A DNA stretch of 63,929 nt, filler included, from Octopus bimaculoides (GCF_001194135.2; 3 parts of 3 records of this genome joined end to end with filler, not necessarily neighbours in it); one strand, 5' to 3'. Numbered from the whole stretch's first letter, positions 1 to 11,972 are shown. Notes: generated by a model from the letters alone, not told the origin. Program-made: numbers and translations.

Positions 1-137
1 GTGTAAGTGCAGGAGGTGGTCAAACTCTGCTTAAGGAGTAGACAACCACCATGTACATATATATATATAAATATATATATGTATGTATGTATATATATAC
101 ATACATACATACATACATATATATATATATATACAAT

Positions 138-508
138 GGATGCGCAATGGCCCAGTGATTGAGGCAGCGGATTCGAGGTCGTAGGATCGCGGTTTCGATT
201 CCCAGACCGGGCGTTGTGTTTATTGAGCGAAAACACCTAAAGCTCCACGAGGCTCCGGCAGATGGTGCTGGCGAACCCTGCTGTACTCTTTCACCATAAT
301 TTCTCTCACTCTTTCTTCCTGTTTCTGTTGTGCCTGTGTTTCAGAGGGCCAGCCTTGTCACACTCTGTGTCACGCTGAATCTCCCCGAGAACTACATTAA
401 GGGTACACCTGTTTGTGGAATGCTCAGCCACTTGCACGTTAATTTCACGAGCAGGTTGTTCCGTTGATCGGATCAACTGGAACCCTAGTCGTCGTAACCG
501 ACAGTACC
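138..508 (+). mobile_element. tRNA-Arg-like SINE (resembles octopus OR-type family), body type 1
   Basis: Head has A-box TGGCCCAGTGA and B-box-like GGTTTCGATTCCC. The first ~190 bp match the copy at 30255-30449. No CCA end or clean acceptor stem, so not a tRNA gene. Confidence 0.8.
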
Positions 509-550
509 ACTACGATGATACATGCACACACACACACTCGCGCGCGCGCG

Positions 551-598
<48 letters not shown>

Positions 599-600
599 AG

Positions 601-1486
601 CTGTATAACTTTGAGGCTTTCGGCAGTTTGTTAAATGAATGTTTTTGATAAAATGAAACATTTTTAATATACCAATGTAATTGTTTTTAATATACCGATA
701 TAATTGTTTTTAAATTAAGTGATTTAGTTGGTATGGCTTTTTTGGACGCTATAAGCCTTACAATAATAACTATGTTATCGCTGCTATTTCTAGCACGCTA
801 AACATAGTTGGGTTACCTTGACGTTTGTTTAAATTAGAGATATATTATAACTACGATAAATTATCAAAAGAAATATTTACTAAGCAAGTGAGATCTTTTA
901 TAAATTGAAGTTTTCGGGAAAATTTACTTTCTAAACTTCCTTCTATTAGTGAATATTTCAAGTTCACAAATTTGAATATTCGGTACTTTTGCTGATGCAA
1001 TTTTTTCATTTCATGTTTGTTTCATTCATTGTTTGCAATGTTCTCTCTCCCCCTCACACACACACGGTGTCTCTCTAATATAAACAAGCACACTGTCTCT
1101 GTAATATAAACACACACAGATACTCCAGGTTTGATTTCGTTATTACACAAATATCACATTAAAATTTGAAATTCAACATAGGGCGTCCCAAAATTATGCG
1201 ACTGAAATAGAACATTTAGCAGTGTTATAATTACTAAAATATCCCTATGTGATCACTGCTGTTTTTTTTTTAACACTAAACGTGGTTAGTCTACCTTGAT
1301 GTTTGTTTTAAAAAAAAGAGAGAGTATGATTGTAATAAAATAATGAAAGCAATATTTACTAAGCTAGTGAACACTATTATACAAAGAAATAATTAGATGT
1401 AAAATATCATAAAAATTACTAGAATTATAAATCAAATGTGAAAATATTATCAAGTGGCTAACAGAAAACCGCCCGGTTTTCTGCTA

Positions 1487-1487
<1 letters not shown>
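601..1487 (+). mobile_element. Possible non-autonomous Helitron-like element (3' end only supported)
   Basis: 9-bp hairpin CAGAAAACC-gccc-GGTTTTCTG (1462-1483) directly followed by CTAG|T. Degenerate internal direct duplication (~778-890 vs ~1253-1370). 5' end not identified. Confidence 0.3.
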
Positions 1488-1528
<41 letters not shown>

Positions 1529-1645
1529 CTATGTATGTATGTATGTATGTATATACGCATTAATATGAGTATGTGTGTATGCATGTGTATCACTATTATA
1601 TGTAATCTATACTGTGACCGCCACTAGTACCGGAANNNNNNNNNN

Positions 1646-1688
<43 letters not shown>

Positions 1689-2640
1689 CTATGTATGTAT
1701 GTATGTATGTATATACGCATTAATATGAGTATGTGTGTATGCATGTGTATCACTATTATATGTAATCTATACTGTGACCGCCACTAGTACCGGAATGGAA
1801 CACTAAACCACAAGTGATACAATAATGTTAGACCCAAATACCAGACGTCATCATTGTGTTAAACATTATCAGTGTTTTGATAGTATTTTTTAATTCACTT
1901 GAAGGAATTTATCGTTATGTCTGCAAGTGGAGATTGATTCAGATCTTGTTTCGTTTCAATGTAATGTGAATAGCATATTAAATTTCAAGCTTACAACGTT
2001 GAATTCTATCCCTTTTTGAAGAACTTGTTCTATCCAGGAACGATTTGTTATATGTTTATGTTTTCTCTTGTGTTTAAGAAAAAGGGAAGAAAAATCTATT
2101 CGAAAAATTACTTTGTACATTTTCGTATTCAACTGCATTTATAAAAATTTATCTGCTTATCAACGGTTTCGTTTATTTCCCGTATTATACAAGCTGTGTA
2201 TTTAAGATTTAAATGTCTATTCGATTTTACGTTTTATTTCTATTTTAGATATTTGAAAATAATATATATATTGCTTATTTAGATAGCTTTATATCTTTTC
2301 CTTTTTTAGGGATGATAAATAAATTATGGCGCGTATCGATGGTGTGCGATAGCATAAGCTGTATATCCCCAGAGAACCTGGTAGCTAATTTACCCACCTT
2401 GTTAGAGCCATCATTAACGTAATCGAAATGACAGCTTTATTCCCTCACACAAAAAGTCATTCTGTAATGGCTTATTCGGATTACTTATATCCCAAATAAT
2501 TGACCCTATTTGCTGTTCTATTTTATGAAATGAGAGTAAATGATTATAAATCATATCAGTTCGTAAATAGCTTGCCCTTAAGATACAACTTATCTATCAT
2601 CAACATTAGACATTTATATTAACTAGTATTCAGATTTGAA

Positions 2641-2857
2641 TGGCTGCATGGTAAAATGTTTGCTTCCTAACCATATAGTTCTGGGTTCAGCCTCACTGCG
2701 TGGCGCCTTGGGTCACTGTCTTCCACTATAGTCTTCGGCCGACCAAGGCCTGATGAGTGAATTTGGTAGCTGGAAACTGAAAGAAGCCCGTCGTATATGT
2801 ATATCTATGTGTGTGTCTGTGTCTGTTTGGCTGCAGTTTACTGAAACAAGTAAAAGA
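2641..2857 (+). mobile_element. CORE-like tRNA SINE with internal microsatellite (internally deleted copy)
   Basis: Head TGGCTGCATGG...GGGTTCAG, CORE-like CCTTGGGTCACTGTCTTC, internal (TG)n. Its ACTGAAACAAGTAAAAGA end matches the reverse complement of the minus-strand copy end at ~16043-16060. Confidence 0.65.
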
Positions 2858-4442
2858 TGAAAGGGTATAACAATATAATCTTTATTTTATTTAGTTTATA
2901 TTTTCTTATCTGGTAGTAATCTATTTACTAAACATAATGTACTTGTGTCTGTATATTATAAACTTTAATCAGTATGATATATTAGAATAGTTAAACTTGA
3001 CCCATCGACAGATTTAACACTCATCTGGACCCTAGATGCCTTTCACAGATTCCTCTTTGTTGACAGCATTCGCAGTAGATCATCGGTCTCAAGTTAACTT
3101 CCAAACCACTGCCACTCCGTCAATCTCGACCTAAAAAGCACAGTAACTTCTTATAATGCACAATATAGAGTGTATTAAAAAACATTTTTGTTGTGATAGG
3201 AGGGAATATTTACTTTACAAAAAATCAATTACAAGTTATTGTTACCCTTACTAAGTGACATGTCATGAAATATTAAATAAGATCAGGCATTGCCGTTATA
3301 TTTCATGTTTTACGTCAACGATTCACATTGTGCTATGCATTCCACTCCCAGATATTAATTAAGAGACAATAAATTCTGAGAGCGGGAGATTGAGATTCTA
3401 TGACATTTTCCTTTATTAGTAATTGCGGTTTAAAACAGGCATGTAAATACTCTTCACGCTGGATTCTAGACAACTGCACCCATGCACCATAAGCATGCAA
3501 TCATTAGAAGAGGAGGATATGAAATCATGGTTTTCGCGCCTTTCTGACGAGAACATAGGAATTCTCAAGTGAAAACAACCGGAAATGGAAGCCGGTTTCA
3601 TAAAATTGGGTTCACAGAAGATATATCCCTACTTTAAAATGCTTGAATTTAACATAATTATTCACTTTTGGTTTATTTCTTTTCCGTGAAACTGTTTAGT
3701 CTGGGTGTTGCATTTCCTCTAAAAAACACTCTTACATAAACACACCTTTCTGTAGTTTATATAAAGGTGGTTTTTGTTAAAGGAAATACATCCCTTATGC
3801 AGCCTTTATAGTTTATCATTTAGTCTTTCAGATGACGTCAAATTATAACTTCAATATCCGTGTATCTGCCTACTCAATACAATATTAATGTTTGTTCTCC
3901 TATGTACCTTCATGGTTGCATTACTTACCCCAAATATTTTAGTTTACACATTGATTATGTTTTTCGCTATCGTATTTTGGATATATTAACCTTCTATGAG
4001 TTGAAGCATACCATTTATAACGTGAAAAGGTCGGTATTTCGAGAAGATACGAAATAAATTATTGTAAGGGTGAGTCTCGAAGAGGATATGGTTATAATCT
4101 ATGGATAGTAATAGGTGTATTCGGTTCCATCAGGCCATTTTCATTTGTTTCTCAATCTAAGGGCCTGTTTAACCCAATGTATTTATCACATACCATTATT
4201 CACCCTTAAATAATTTATTTCAAATCTTTCAAATTTTACATATGTAACAAAATAATCTTATTTTTCGATAGCTCGAAGCTATTCATTAGTACATCGACTC
4301 TTTTACAAATATTCAAAACAGGAGTTGAAAAGAAACTCAAAATAGTCGCCAACTAAGAAATGTTGATAGTGTAAGCATACTATGCTCTAAAGGAATAAGT
4401 ATTAACATAATAGAAGACTATTTGTTACTAGATTCTTTATAA

Positions 4443-4529
<87 letters not shown>

Positions 4530-4688
4530 CTGTGTGTGTGTGTTCTACAATATAGGAAAATCAGTTTTTCAATTTAGACAGGAAGGTACTTCATTAAATT
4601 TTAGATATTATCAAGTTGCCAGTCACATATATATGTACTTGACCATGCATACATACATACATACATACATACATACATAAATACATGT

Positions 4689-5100
4689 AAGTACAACAGA
4701 CCTGGTATAATGATTTTGGATAGAGAAGAGAAACTGTGCACAGTTGTGGAAATTAGTTGCCCAGCGGATATTGACATAAAGCTGAATATCAGTGAAAAAG
4801 TATGCTGAACTGTTGAGAAATCTGCAGTTATTCTATCCAGAATACAAATTCAGGTGTATACCTGTAATTATTAGGGTCCTTGGATATGTAACACACTGCC
4901 TCAATACCAATCTTGAAATATTAGGCTTCTCAATACCAGAAAGGAGAAAGCTAATTCGAAGACTACAAATCCAATCCATCACTGGAATTGTAAAAATCTG
5001 TAAAACTTTCCAGTGTTTTATCATTTAAATATATATGAGCATGTCTAGATATGCAACTATATGCATGAGAATACATACGTGAAACAAACAAATGTGCACA
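4689..5100 (+). mobile_element. R4/Dong-like non-LTR retrotransposon 3' end (restriction-like endonuclease domain)
   Basis: Translates KYNRPGIMILDREEKLCTVVEISCPAD...YAELLRNLQLFYPEYKFRCIPVII..LGYVTHCL...KICKTFQCFII* (RPD...E..P motif of RLE), frameshifted. Near-identical family copy at 20540-20835(-). Confidence 0.8.
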
Positions 5101-5255
5101 TACATACATGCATGCATGCATGCATGCATACATACATACATACAAACAAAAATACTCTGTTGTTGATGTTGAAATTCCAATGAAGGAATCTTAGATCTAG
5201 GTTAGAAACCGGTTCTTTCTCTATTAGCAAGAAATCTTGAAATAAACTGAATAAT

Positions 5256-5327
<72 letters not shown>

Positions 5328-5362
5328 CGTACGTACGGTTGAAAAGGAACACACGAGTTGAC

Positions 5363-5728
5363 ATATATGGAAAAAATATCAAGGTAGAAAGTGCTGAAAT
5401 AATTTTATGAAAAAACGTTTCAGTACCGGTTTCAGTCATTGTGATTTTTTCCAACTGTAAGTATGGAAAACAATTAAATTTTGGAAAAATTAAAAGAATA
5501 TTTGCATAGTATTCAAATACAAGGAGCATTTTTCTTGTTTCTGCCTGTCTCTTGTATTTGAATACTATGCAAATATATTTTTTTAAAAAACTGTTCTTTT
5601 AATTTTTACAAAATTTAATTGTTTTCCATACTTACAGTTGAAAAAGTCACAATGGCTGAAACTGGTACTGAAATGTTTTTTTACAAAATTATTTTAGTAT
5701 TTTCTACCTTTACTTTTTTTCCATATAT
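5363..5728. repeat. Foldback / MITE-like long inverted repeat
   Basis: Left arm ~5363-5523 is the reverse complement of right arm ~5551-5728 (e.g. TTTCAGTACCGGTTTCAGTCATTGTGA vs TCACAATGGCTGAAACTGGTACTGAAA). Short spacer; ends in TA runs. Confidence 0.8.
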
Positions 5729-6789
5729 ATATATATATGTGTGTATGTATATATATATATATATGTGTCATTTTGCATATTATTTTCAAAGTATATCTAT
5801 GTCGTTTTGCATATTTTTTTCTTGGTTTATCCATGAGTTTTGACGCATGCATGTGTATGTGTGTATTCGTATTGGCTGCTGGATGTAATTTGTGAATTAA
5901 TCGTATCCTTTCGGATTTTGTACAGCAGAGATAATAACGGTTAGTAGAGTGATAAGAACTTTAATGGAAAAATTAGATGTATATGTCTTAGTAGTCATCG
6001 TTTATATAATCAGAAGTTTCGTTGATAATTGATTTTTAAAGCGACATTCAAGTTTATTGGACAAATAATTTAACCCTGTGCCGTATTTGCATTTTACTGA
6101 TGTTATATCAGAGCTACATGTTTTCATATTTATAGTGTTTTCATTCCACACCACTGCAGCTTTCCATCACTACAACGTCTTATCAGTTGATTTTCTATGC
6201 AGTAGTTTCTAAGAGTTGCTTTATAAAGTAATATGAACACTCATTACATCATGCTGGTAAACGCATGATATACTGAATATCTATTTCAGACATCTGATGT
6301 CAGTCACATCTTGAACAATAAATCCACGTTTTCTGTACAGGATATCACACTTGAGAGTAATACCTACATCTATGTGAATTTGGTACATTGACACATTTTA
6401 CTCTTATCGTTTTGTTAAATAATTGCAAGAGTGGCTTTCAGTTTTGTTAATTGGGATCTGTCCACCTGTATGCATTTGCTCATTAATTGTTTCATATTTT
6501 CCATGTGCACTTTCCCCACTCTCATGATGGATGTTCTTTACCTCATTTGTGCAGACTTAGGAGAACTTAGGTGCTTATGTGCAATAAATGCTGTCGAATA
6601 AGATATAATACATTATTCGAATGCTGTTTTTTTAGTCAACATAAAGCTTCTGGCTATGTATCATTTTGTATTTTTTTAGGATAAAGATGACCAGTGTCAC
6701 TAGTGATATCAAAGTTTCTAGTACCGTCAGAATTTTGAGGTGTTTACGAGACCCTTGATTTTGTTCCAATTTATGAAGCTCAGCTATTA

Positions 6790-7650
6790 GCGCTTGGGTT
6801 TATCAGTTGAAGAATTGGCAATAAAGCTTAATTCAAACCGTACAACTGTTCATCCATCATCATCTTCAAAACTTGGAAAGGTTCCTAAACTTGGAAAATG
6901 GGTGCCTCAGGAATTGTCGGAAAGCAACCGCAAATCCCGAGTTGAAATCTGCTTTTCTCTCCATTCTAGCGACCTCATTTCACCCTTTTTGAATAGACTT
7001 GTGACTGGTGACGGAAAATGAATCTTCTATTGAAATGTTAAACGTCGTAAACAGTCGCTTGGTAAAAAGGAAAAAGCTCAAATACAACTGAGAAGGGAAC
7101 TTCATGGAAAAAAGTTTCTTATCTCTATCTGGTGGGATTGCAAAGGAGTAATTAACTTGGAATTGTTACCACCTAATGCAGCAATCAATGCTCAAGTCTA
7201 CTGTCAGCAATTAGAGCGTTTGAACCAAGATTTGAAGAAAAAGACCCGCTTCAGTGAATCGAAAAGGAGTGATGTTTCATCAGGACAATGCGCGACCCCA
7301 CACTGCAAAGATCACATCACAGAAGATTGAAGAGCTTAGTTGGGAAAAAATTCCTCATCCACCTTATTCTCTCGACCTTGCTCCTCCAGACTACCATCTG
7401 TTTCGTAGTTTACAGAATCATTTGGGAGACATAACTTTCGCAAGCCAGGAAGAAGTCGAAACTGACATTTCAGAGTTCTTCGCTTTGAAACCAAAAGAGT
7501 TTAACATCGATGGGATTAAAAAGCTTGTAAATAGATGGAAGGAAGTCATAGATAATCAGGGAAAGTACATTGATGATTAAATTTCAATTAAATATAACAT
7601 TTGATCACTTGTTTTCTTTATTCGGACAGAACTTATGGAATGACCTGAAA
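6790..7650 (+). mobile_element. mariner (D,D34D) transposase remnant, 5'-truncated
   Basis: KLGKWVPQELS, LVTGDGK (TGDEKW), WWDCKG, FHQDNARPH, HPPYSLDLAPPDYHLFRSLQNHL motifs. Stops and frameshifts. TIR-like end TTATGGAATGACCTGA next to (TATG)n. Confidence 0.92.
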
Positions 7651-7734
7651 TGTATGTATGTATGTATGTATGTATGTATGTATGTTGTATGTATGTATAA
7701 GCTTGTATGCATGTATATATTCATGGTCAAGTAC

Positions 7735-8410
7735 ATATATTCTTTGCGCGACGTTTTAGGCACTGTATGGATGGTGGGAATTGAAGTTAAAGTATCGTCC
7801 AGTGAAGGTCGGCTTGCGGTATATGGATGTCCTGAATCCATACTTGGTGCGTGTTATTAATACGTCCAGGAATGCTTGCTGATTATCTTTTTCCTTTTCC
7901 ATTGTGAACTGTATGGATGGCTTTATTGAGTTCACATGATCTCACAGCACTTGGACATCTTCCTGGTGGGGCCAGAGTATGGAGGTGTCATCAATATATC
8001 GCAGCCATAGGGTTGGTTTTAGTGGTTTTGATCCTAAAGCCAAATTCTCAAAGTATTCCATGTATATATTGGCTATTATCGGTGATAATGGCGAACCCAT
8101 AGCTAAACCCTCTTCTTGTCGATATATATCAGTGTCCATACTGAAGTAGGTAGTTTCTACACGGAAGGTCAACATTTTCGTCAAGTTTCTTATTGGTATA
8201 CTAGTGCGTTCTTTTATATGGGTGTCTGTCGCTAGATTTTCTTGAATCACCGATAGTGCTTCACCAGTTGGGACTTTGGTGAACAGGCTTATCACATCTA
8301 GACTCACCATCTGGTTGGATTCAATGGGAGTATCCTCGATCAATTCTATGAAATAGGTGGAATTCTTCATGTACAATGATGACCTGATGAAGGTTGGAGG
8401 GTATAGCGAA
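7735..8410 (-). mobile_element. Penelope-like element, reverse transcriptase fragment
   Basis: MVSLDVISLFTKVP, YRQEEGLAMGSPLSPIIANIYME, WLRYIDDT, YRKPTFTGRYFNFNSHHP motifs. Confidence 0.92.
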
Positions 8411-9085
8411 ATTTTCTTCCTTAGTGATGTTTGGTTTGAGAAGTTTTGCTTTTTCTAGCACCTGTCTCACTTTCCACCTTAGTTCATCTCCCTGAGATTT
8501 TGGTGTCTTTATGGCTATCTCTTCAATAGGGGCTATTATGTCCAAGTATGGAATGCGCTTGATGGTTGTCGCAAAGTTGAGACCTTTGTTTAGCACAGCT
8601 TTTTCAGAACTTTCTAGATGTCACCTACTTACATTAATTACTGCTTTCACGGGTGGGTGACGGACTTCAGTTTTCATTCTCTGACCTTTGAGTTTCATAA
8701 ACTTCTTAATCTGGTGTGTCTTCATCATTTCAAATTCTTTCATATACGACTTTTCTAAATCTTGTTGGATTCTCTTTCTATCATCATCTCTGGTTATTTT
8801 CCTAAACAATGAAGATAACCTCTCTTTCATTTCGTTATTTAGTTGATGTTTTTTCCAACGGTTATAGTGGATACTCTCACGGACGAGGGCATGTCCTGCC
8901 CTTTCCGCTACTCTTCAAGCTTTATATAAATCCACTGGTGTCATTATGTTCAAGCCAGGTGGTATTAGCTTTGGGTCTCTACATCTACACAAGAAAGTTA
9001 GATGGTTTGAAAGACGAGCTAGTTTTTGATGGAGTTTCTCTATATGTCTCCATTGAAGTCTTATGTCGGCTCCGTACCGATTAGA
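8411..9085 (-). mobile_element. Penelope-like element, N-terminal ORF fragment
   Basis: KLARLSNHLTFLCRCRDPKLIPPGL and VINVS...VLNKGLNFATT...PNITKEE, typical PLE pre-RT N-terminus. Confidence 0.85.
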
Positions 9086-9413
9086 TAATACAGTTCTATA
9101 TTTAAGAGATGAGGAATTATGTACATTATTTATATTTGACGAATATTTGTCCTCATCTTGTTTGTTGTTAACACAACGTTTCGGCTGATATACCCTCCAA
9201 CTTTTATCATGTCAACATCGCACGTGAAGAATTCCACCTATTTCACAGAATTGATCAAGGATACCTCCATTGAATCCAACCAGATGGTGAGTTTAGATGT
9301 GATAAGCCTGTTCACCAAAGTCCCAACTGGTGAAGCACTATCGGTGATTCAAGAAAAAATAGTGACAGACATCCGTCTAAAATCCCACATCTCTTAAATA
9401 TAGAACTGTATTA
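9086..9413. mobile_element. Penelope-derived 328-bp cassette with perfect 26-bp terminal inverted repeats
   Basis: TAATACAGTTCTATATTTAAGAGATG (9086-9111) is the exact reverse complement of 9388-9413. Interior is an inverted pseudo-LTR (cf. 47835-47963) joined to a + strand RT piece (KNSTYF..VSLDVISLFTKVP). Confidence 0.85.
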
Positions 9414-9498
9414 CAAAAAGTACAGCCACATTTTGTGATTCACCTAACTATTCTCCTCACTTCACTCGATATTTACATTTTAATCAGGATTTATTCCG

Positions 9499-11700
9499 AT
9501 GCTCACAAAAATGCTTATATCGGCATTTTTAAGCAGTTCCGCCACCAGGCATCTTTCGTTGCCCCCCAAAAATGACAGTCAAAAAAGCAATTTAGCTGAT
9601 TTTCTGAAGGTATCCCAAACCATCGTAGGTCTGATAGAGAAATGAGCTTAAAAATATAAACAAACGGCCGTTTTCGTCACCATCATCATTACCAGCACTC
9701 AAACTTTCATATTTCATCGTATGAAACTGATCCGAAAGAAAAAATGAAGACAATATAAAACTACAGATTGAGAATAATTTTTAAAACTTCTGTCATATAT
9801 CATTAAAAAAAAGGAATATTTTTGACGTGAACAGGAAGAATAAAAAGCAACCACTCTCTAGTTAAAAGTTACTGACAATGGAATTAGAAACATGAAAACA
9901 TTTGACGAAGAAATGCTGGAAGAGAATTGTAGAAACTTTTTCTCAATTTGTTTGTGTCAAATCCTCACAGATTATTGCGAGTTCAACAACGTAGTGATAG
10001 ATGAGCAAACTGGTAGATTGATGAGAATATGTGAATATGTCGAACTAATAAATAAAGCTGTGATGTATGAAGTAAAGAAAATAATGATAATAAATAAACA
10101 TTGCAGAAATTTTATGGTAATTTAGCTTCATTAGAAAAAGAAGTTTGGTTTTAGTGGTTGCTGGAGTCAGTAAATTTAGGAAAAGCCCCTGCTGATCTAG
10201 TTGTTGCTCTTCTAAAACTCAGAAAAACCTGATCAATAATCATATTATTAGTCTTAAAAATAAATAATTCGATGATTCTGTGATAATAATCGAATGGTTG
10301 AGCTAGGATGTTCAATAGCAAACGACACTAATATAACCCATAATTAATTTGCAGACGATCTTTACAAGCCAAAATCTTTTACATGAAGATATCTTTAACT
10401 GCTTTGTTCTGCATAATGAGCGCTCCAAATAACTAGATTTTGACAAAAATACTAACATACAAAAGTGTTGGCAACTACAGTGACAAACGAATATTATACC
10501 GGGCATTAACAAAATCAGCATTTGGACAGCTACTCCTATAAAAATAGAAAACACAATATACTACGACAGATTTTCAGTACCAATACCTGTTTTATCCATA
10601 AAGGAAATTCATTCGATAAATATCATATAATCCACAATATTCTGACTTCAAAAGGAAACTTTCACAAAGAGATTAACATCACTTTATATCGGAGAAAAGA
10701 AGTGAAGAGATTGAAACGCTATCTACTCAGCCTTTGAATGGATACTGCATCATTCAAAGGTAGCTACCAAAACAAAAGCAGCAAGGGCAAATTCAGTAAC
10801 CAAGTGGTAAAAAGAAAAATACAAACATTTTTTGGATCGGTAATGAATTCCTCAAGAAATACTCTATCACTTCTTCATTACATTCCTTATAAACCTTGAA
10901 CAGATGGACTATTGTTACACCCAAAAAACAAATTTGAATGGGAAGCACCCTGCATACTAATATATAAAAAGAGCCATATTTCCTATAAATTTGAGGATGA
11001 TTTATTGTAATATCCACAGGAAGCGTAGATAGATTCACTGTAATTGGCGACCGTTTCATAAAGTTACAATTTGAAGATATGCTTTTGCGATTCAAGAAGA
11101 GGAAGTATGTGACGAATACCTATTGGACCAAAAAGCAGTAAAATGCTTGAGTCACTGAAATGAAACTTAAAATGTCGACTAAGCTACATCTCTATGAACA
11201 ATACTATACATATGATCAGCATCTACTCATAATTAAGGTACATTCAACACAGCATGACACAGCATGATGTTCCCAAAATAATTTACAATACATCAGTCGT
11301 AGAAAAGTCTTGGAGTAAGATATTCAAAAAATAAATTTTTAGTATACACCTGAGTTTCAACACAAGCCCCACTATTATGTTTTGGTCCATAAAAGATAAT
11401 GTATGTCAGTTACGGAGGTCGACTGCCCTGCCGAAGTGAACATTCCTTTTAAAATCACTCGGGGAATATTTATGGAAAGCTGCTTTGAAATTTACTGTTC
11501 TCCACTCACTTCATGACAACATTTCTACCAATAATCATCAGTGTATTTTGATCATTTAAGTTTGCTATGGAATTCTAAACTTAATAAATTTTCAAAACGC
11601 TTAGGCTTTCCAGCAATGAAATCAACACATACACTTTACAAATACTATATAAAAGTAGTATATATATACATTGTAATGAGACAGAGATGCAGGTAGATTA
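9499..11700 (+). pseudogene. Decayed envelope fusion glycoprotein-like ORF (baculovirus F / errantivirus Env-like layout)
   Basis: Manual multi-frame translation gives a signal-peptide-like start, RR-NAGREL*KLFLNLF..TD (cleavage/fusion-peptide spacing), a heptad-like stretch, RFSVPIPVL, several Cys, and a TM-like FLPIIISV..LII*VCYGIL near 11520-11580. Many stops and frameshifts. Confidence 0.5.
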
Positions 11701-11972
11701 ATAAAATAAAATTACATATATATATAGCAAATGAAAATAATACCTTTAGTGTGTAAAAAACAACATTTCTTTGGTCCAGAACTGTATTCCAACATACAAG
11801 AGAATTGAAATGATATAGCTCTATATATTATTTATAGAAATTAGATAAATAATAAATATAACTAACATTGTAGCTCGATTCACGCTACATAGAATGTAGA
11901 CTAGATTATAAAACTTTACATGGAGCTCTAAGTAACAGTAATAGTCGTTTTTCTACTCGTACCTATAATTTC

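Noticed and set aside
138-215. tRNA-like sequences (also 30255-30330, 47592-47655 and all SINE heads) as tRNA genes
   Set aside because: They lack a proper acceptor stem/terminator and continue into SINE bodies.
1488-1795. Identical ~135-bp duplication either side of a 10-N gap
   Set aside because: Perfect identity across a small gap indicates an unmerged contig overlap.
3915-4075. Splice-donor-like motifs (also 40140-40150, 45145, 43710-43760)
   Set aside because: No open, domain-like exon flanked by both acceptor and donor; such motifs are expected by chance.
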